From NCBI GenBank assembly GCA_038747425.1, contig JBCDJV010000006.1:13470-77469 (forward strand): a stretch of 64,000 bases of DNA, written 5' to 3'. Positions within the stretch are counted from its first letter, which is position 1, and each line of letters opens with the position of its first letter. Source of the stretch: Bacteroidota bacterium (GTDB lineage Bacteria; Bacteroidota; Rhodothermia; Rhodothermales; JBCDJV01). The notes under the pieces were generated by a model, which ran no database searches, was not told the DNA's origin, and saw only the letters and a list, made by a program, of their open reading frames with translations. Of this stretch, positions 61,486 to 64,000 are shown piece by piece. Both the position numbers and the translations under genes were made by a program.

Positions 61486-63174
61486 ATGCCACCTCGCCTC
61501 GCGATTCAGGAACAGGACGGCTCCGGGCCGATCCGGACCTTCGATGCCTCCTTCACGATGGGTCGCAGTGAAGACTGCGAATACCCCGTGCCGTTGCCCA
61601 TCGTCAGCCGCCGGCATACCACGGTAGAGCTTGATAGCCAGGGCTGGCTGGTTCGAGACCTGGGCAGCGCCAATGGCACGTACCTGGACGGCAAGCGGGT
61701 GCGTGACGCGCGCCTTGAGGGCGAACACGTCCTCAAGTTGGGCAACCGCGGGCCCGCCTTCACCGTGTCGCTGGTGGACACAGCGGCGGCTTCTTCTGGG
61801 CGTGACGCCCCGGCCAGCCGGCCCGCCCCGTCCCGGCGTGCCGACCGCCTCGCCTCGCCGACCTCGATCACCGAAGCCTCGGCGGCAACCTCTGTGGAGA
61901 CGCCAGGTCCCGCCGAGCGGAGCACAGCGGCCCGGGGCCCAGAGCCCCCGGCGGGACGCCGTGGGGCCAACGAGGGCCGGTCCCTGAGCGAGTACATGGA
62001 ACACTACTTCGGCGAGTCCGGGCAGCCCGCTGGGGAGCACACGCAGATGATCCGGCAGGCCTACCAGGTCGTCGAACAGAAGAAGCGGGTCCGGTTCATC
62101 TATATCTTGGCGGCCTTGGGCGTGGTGGTGGTGCTCGTCGGGGGGTATGCCATCTACCAGCGCATGGAGCGGGCCGAGCTGGAGACGTTAGCGCTGGAGG
62201 CGTTCGAAGACGTGCGCCGCCAGAATGCCAGCATCCTCCAGGCACAAAATGCCATCGCGTTGAAAGCCGGGGAGCCGGATGCGACGCTCCAGGACATCAT
62301 CCGTGACCTGCAGCAGACCCGCGAGCGGCAGCTGGATCGCTACGACAACTTCGTGGAAGAACTGGGCTACCGACGGGCGCCCACGGCTGAGGAGCGGGCC
62401 ATCTACCGGGTGGCCCGCATCTTCAACGAAAGCGAGATACAAAGCGCCATCCCCGCCGATTTCATCCGGTCTGTGCGAGATACCATCGCCATCTGGCAAT
62501 CGAGCAACCGGTTTCAGCGGGCGGTGGAGCGGGCCAACCGCCTCGGCTACACGCCGATGATCGTGGAGACCTTCCGCAAGTATGGACTCCCCCCGGAGTT
62601 TTTCTACCTGTCCATGCAGGAGAGCAACTTCAACGAGCGGGCGATTGGGCCTCGCACCCGGTGGGGGATTGCCAAGGGCATGTGGCAGTTCATCCCGAGT
62701 ACAGGGGAAGCCTACGGCCTCGCCATTGGACCTCGGGATGACCTCCGCTCGTTCGACCCGCAGGACGACCGGTTCGACCCCGCGAAGGCCACAGACGCCG
62801 CCGCACGCTACCTGCTGGAAATCCACAGCCAGCTCTCGGGAGCTTCTAGCCTGTTGGCGATGGCCTCGTACAACTGGGGCGAGCGCCGCGTCGTACCCCG
62901 TCTGCAAGATATGCTGGCCGAAAACGGCATCACCGACGAGACCGATGAGGTCTCCGACCGTTCGTACTGGGCGTTCTACAAGAAGTACGGCCGCATCATG
63001 CCTGACGAGACCAAAGGGTACGTGGCGCGCATCTTTGCCGCGGCGGTGATCGGGCAAGATCCCCAGCTCTGGGGCTACGACATGGAGAACCCCTTGCTGC
63101 CGTATCTGGAAGGGGGCGCTTCGGTGGATACCACTCCCCGTGCGGCCGAGGCCGAGGCGGACGGGGACCTGTGA
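61486..63174 (+). CDS. FHA domain - transmembrane - lytic transglycosylase (SLT) domain protein
   Basis: FHA: FTMGRSEDCEYPVPLPIVSRRHTTVELDSQGWLVRDLGSANGTYLDGKRV. Then a S/P/A-rich spacer and a TM segment FIYILAALGVVVVLVGGYAIY. SLT motifs: YLSMQESNFN, GIAKGMWQFIPSTG, MASYNWGE. The start lies between GTG 61432 and ATG 61486. Confidence 0.8.
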   Translation: MPPRLAIQEQDGSGPIRTFDASFTMGRSEDCEYPVPLPIVSRRHTTVELDSQGWLVRDLGSANGTYLDGKRVRDARLEGEHVLKLGNRGPAFTVSLVDTAAASSGRDAPASRPAPSRRADRLASPTSITEASAATSVETPGPAERSTAARGPEPPAGRRGANEGRSLSEYMEHYFGESGQPAGEHTQMIRQAYQVVEQKKRVRFIYILAALGVVVVLVGGYAIYQRMERAELETLALEAFEDVRRQNASILQAQNAIALKAGEPDATLQDIIRDLQQTRERQLDRYDNFVEELGYRRAPTAEERAIYRVARIFNESEIQSAIPADFIRSVRDTIAIWQSSNRFQRAVERANRLGYTPMIVETFRKYGLPPEFFYLSMQESNFNERAIGPRTRWGIAKGMWQFIPSTGEAYGLAIGPRDDLRSFDPQDDRFDPAKATDAAARYLLEIHSQLSGASSLLAMASYNWGERRVVPRLQDMLAENGITDETDEVSDRSYWAFYKKYGRIMPDETKGYVARIFAAAVIGQDPQLWGYDMENPLLPYLEGGASVDTTPRAAEAEADGDL

Positions 63175-63260
63175 ACAACTCTTGACGCCGGGGTGGAAGG
63201 CCTAACCTGACCCCCAAGGTCCCGTAGAGCGAGCTCTACGTTTTCCTATGGGGCCTTCCT

Positions 63261-64000
63261 GTGTATCTATCTCCCGAGATCGCCTGGCGGCGTGTGGCCG
63301 TGGGCGGCGGCCTCCTGCTCGCCTGGTCAGTGCCGGCGCTGGTGGCACTCAGCTACTACTACCTGAACCAGACGGTTACGGCCCAGCCGTTGGACTGGCG
63401 GTTTGGTCTGATCAGCACGCTGCCCAACTGGTACCTCTGGGCGCTCTTCTCGCCACTGGTCATGGTCCTGGCCCGTCGGGTGCGGCCGCGTGGGTCGGGG
63501 CTAAGCGCGTGGGGGCCTGTGCTGGCGGCACATCTGGGCCTGCTGAGCGTGCTGCTTCTGGTGCATGCGGGGGCCAACCTGGCGTTGTTTACCGGGACCG
63601 GGCTGCACGAGGAAGCGACCGCCAGCCTGTACCGGGTTCATCTCGGCGTGCGCTTGCACAGCAACGTCTTGGCCTACATCGCGCTCGCTGGGGCCGTGTA
63701 TGCGGTCGATTACTATCGGCAGAATCAGGAGCGGCAGCGACGGGCGGCGCAGCTAGAGGCGCAGCTGGCACAAGCCCACCTCCGGGCCCTGCGCATGCAG
63801 CTCAACCCGCACTTTCTCTTCAACGCCTTGCATGCGGTGGGGAGCCTGGTCCGGACCGGGAATGCTGAGGCGTCGGTCCAGATGATCGGACGGCTCGGGG
63901 CGTTCATGCGGGTCGCCTTGGAGAGCAACGGACAGCAGGAACAGCCCCTCGAGCACGAACTGGCCTTTGTACGGCGCTACCTGGAAATCGAGGAAATCCG
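63261..64000 (+). CDS. Sensor histidine kinase, LytS/His_kinase (PF06580) type, 5' part (runs off the window)
   Basis: This frame is not in the ORF track because no stop is reached. GTG at 63261, then 4-5 hydrophobic spans, then QLAQAHLRALRMQLNPHFLFNALHAVGSLV...PLEHELAFVRRYLEIEEI. Confidence 0.75.
   Translation, partial: MYLSPEIAWRRVAVGGGLLLAWSVPALVALSYYYLNQTVTAQPLDWRFGLISTLPNWYLWALFSPLVMVLARRVRPRGSGLSAWGPVLAAHLGLLSVLLLVHAGANLALFTGTGLHEEATASLYRVHLGVRLHSNVLAYIALAGAVYAVDYYRQNQERQRRAAQLEAQLAQAHLRALRMQLNPHFLFNALHAVGSLVRTGNAEASVQMIGRLGAFMRVALESNGQQEQPLEHELAFVRRYLEIEEI

Overview
High-GC chromosomal segment: most genes look above 60% GC by eye, with a few AT-richer islands. I infer a Rhodothermia/Salinibacter-like member of the Bacteroidota/Rhodothermota. 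The grounds are a xanthorhodopsin-type rhodopsin very close to the Salinibacter ruber sequence as I remember it, many T9SS C-terminal sorting domains, a PorV-like barrel, and a TTG...TAnnTTT-style promoter. I call about 55 protein genes and one tRNA-Pro(GGG). There is no rRNA and no CRISPR. Most of the window is ordinary housekeeping: apt, ridA, dprA, rlmN, heme O/A synthases, glmM, DAHP synthase, rpsF-rpsR-rplI, tatD, aminotransferase, peptidases and transporters. Four blocks stand out. (1) 0.4-4.9 kb is a lasso-peptide-type RiPP locus. It has two tandem 39-aa precursors missed by the ORF track, an HPr-kinase-like kinase, an ABC exporter and a B2 leader peptidase. No lasso cyclase or RRE is visible, and the core does not fit canonical lasso ring rules. 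(2) 35.3-36.5 kb holds a DTE-motif xanthorhodopsin-type proton pump with its own terminator. (3) 40.4-54.0 kb is a minus-strand outer-membrane/T9SS island: an Amidase_2 cargo, a PorV/PorQ-like barrel, a 1137-aa Ca-binding-repeat cargo, a TonB-dependent receptor and two FG-GAP cargos. It is interrupted by a RAYT-type tyrosine transposase carrying a GTAG-headed REP hairpin. (4) 58.9-63.2 kb is my top candidate for an undescribed system. It is a compact three-gene module of a cytoplasmic DUF1795/Eag-like protein, a single-polypeptide TssB-TssC (T6SS sheath) fusion, and an FHA-TM-lytic-transglycosylase protein. No other T6SS or contractile-injection core gene occurs anywhere in the 64 kb. Two unexplained non-coding stretches are also flagged: a promoter+terminator-bounded candidate sRNA at about 21.9-22.0 kb, and a 657-bp structured intergenic region at 23.3-23.9 kb. 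All family assignments come from motif reading by eye, because no searches could be run. Start codons are often ambiguous because the ORF track renders GTG/TTG starts as M.
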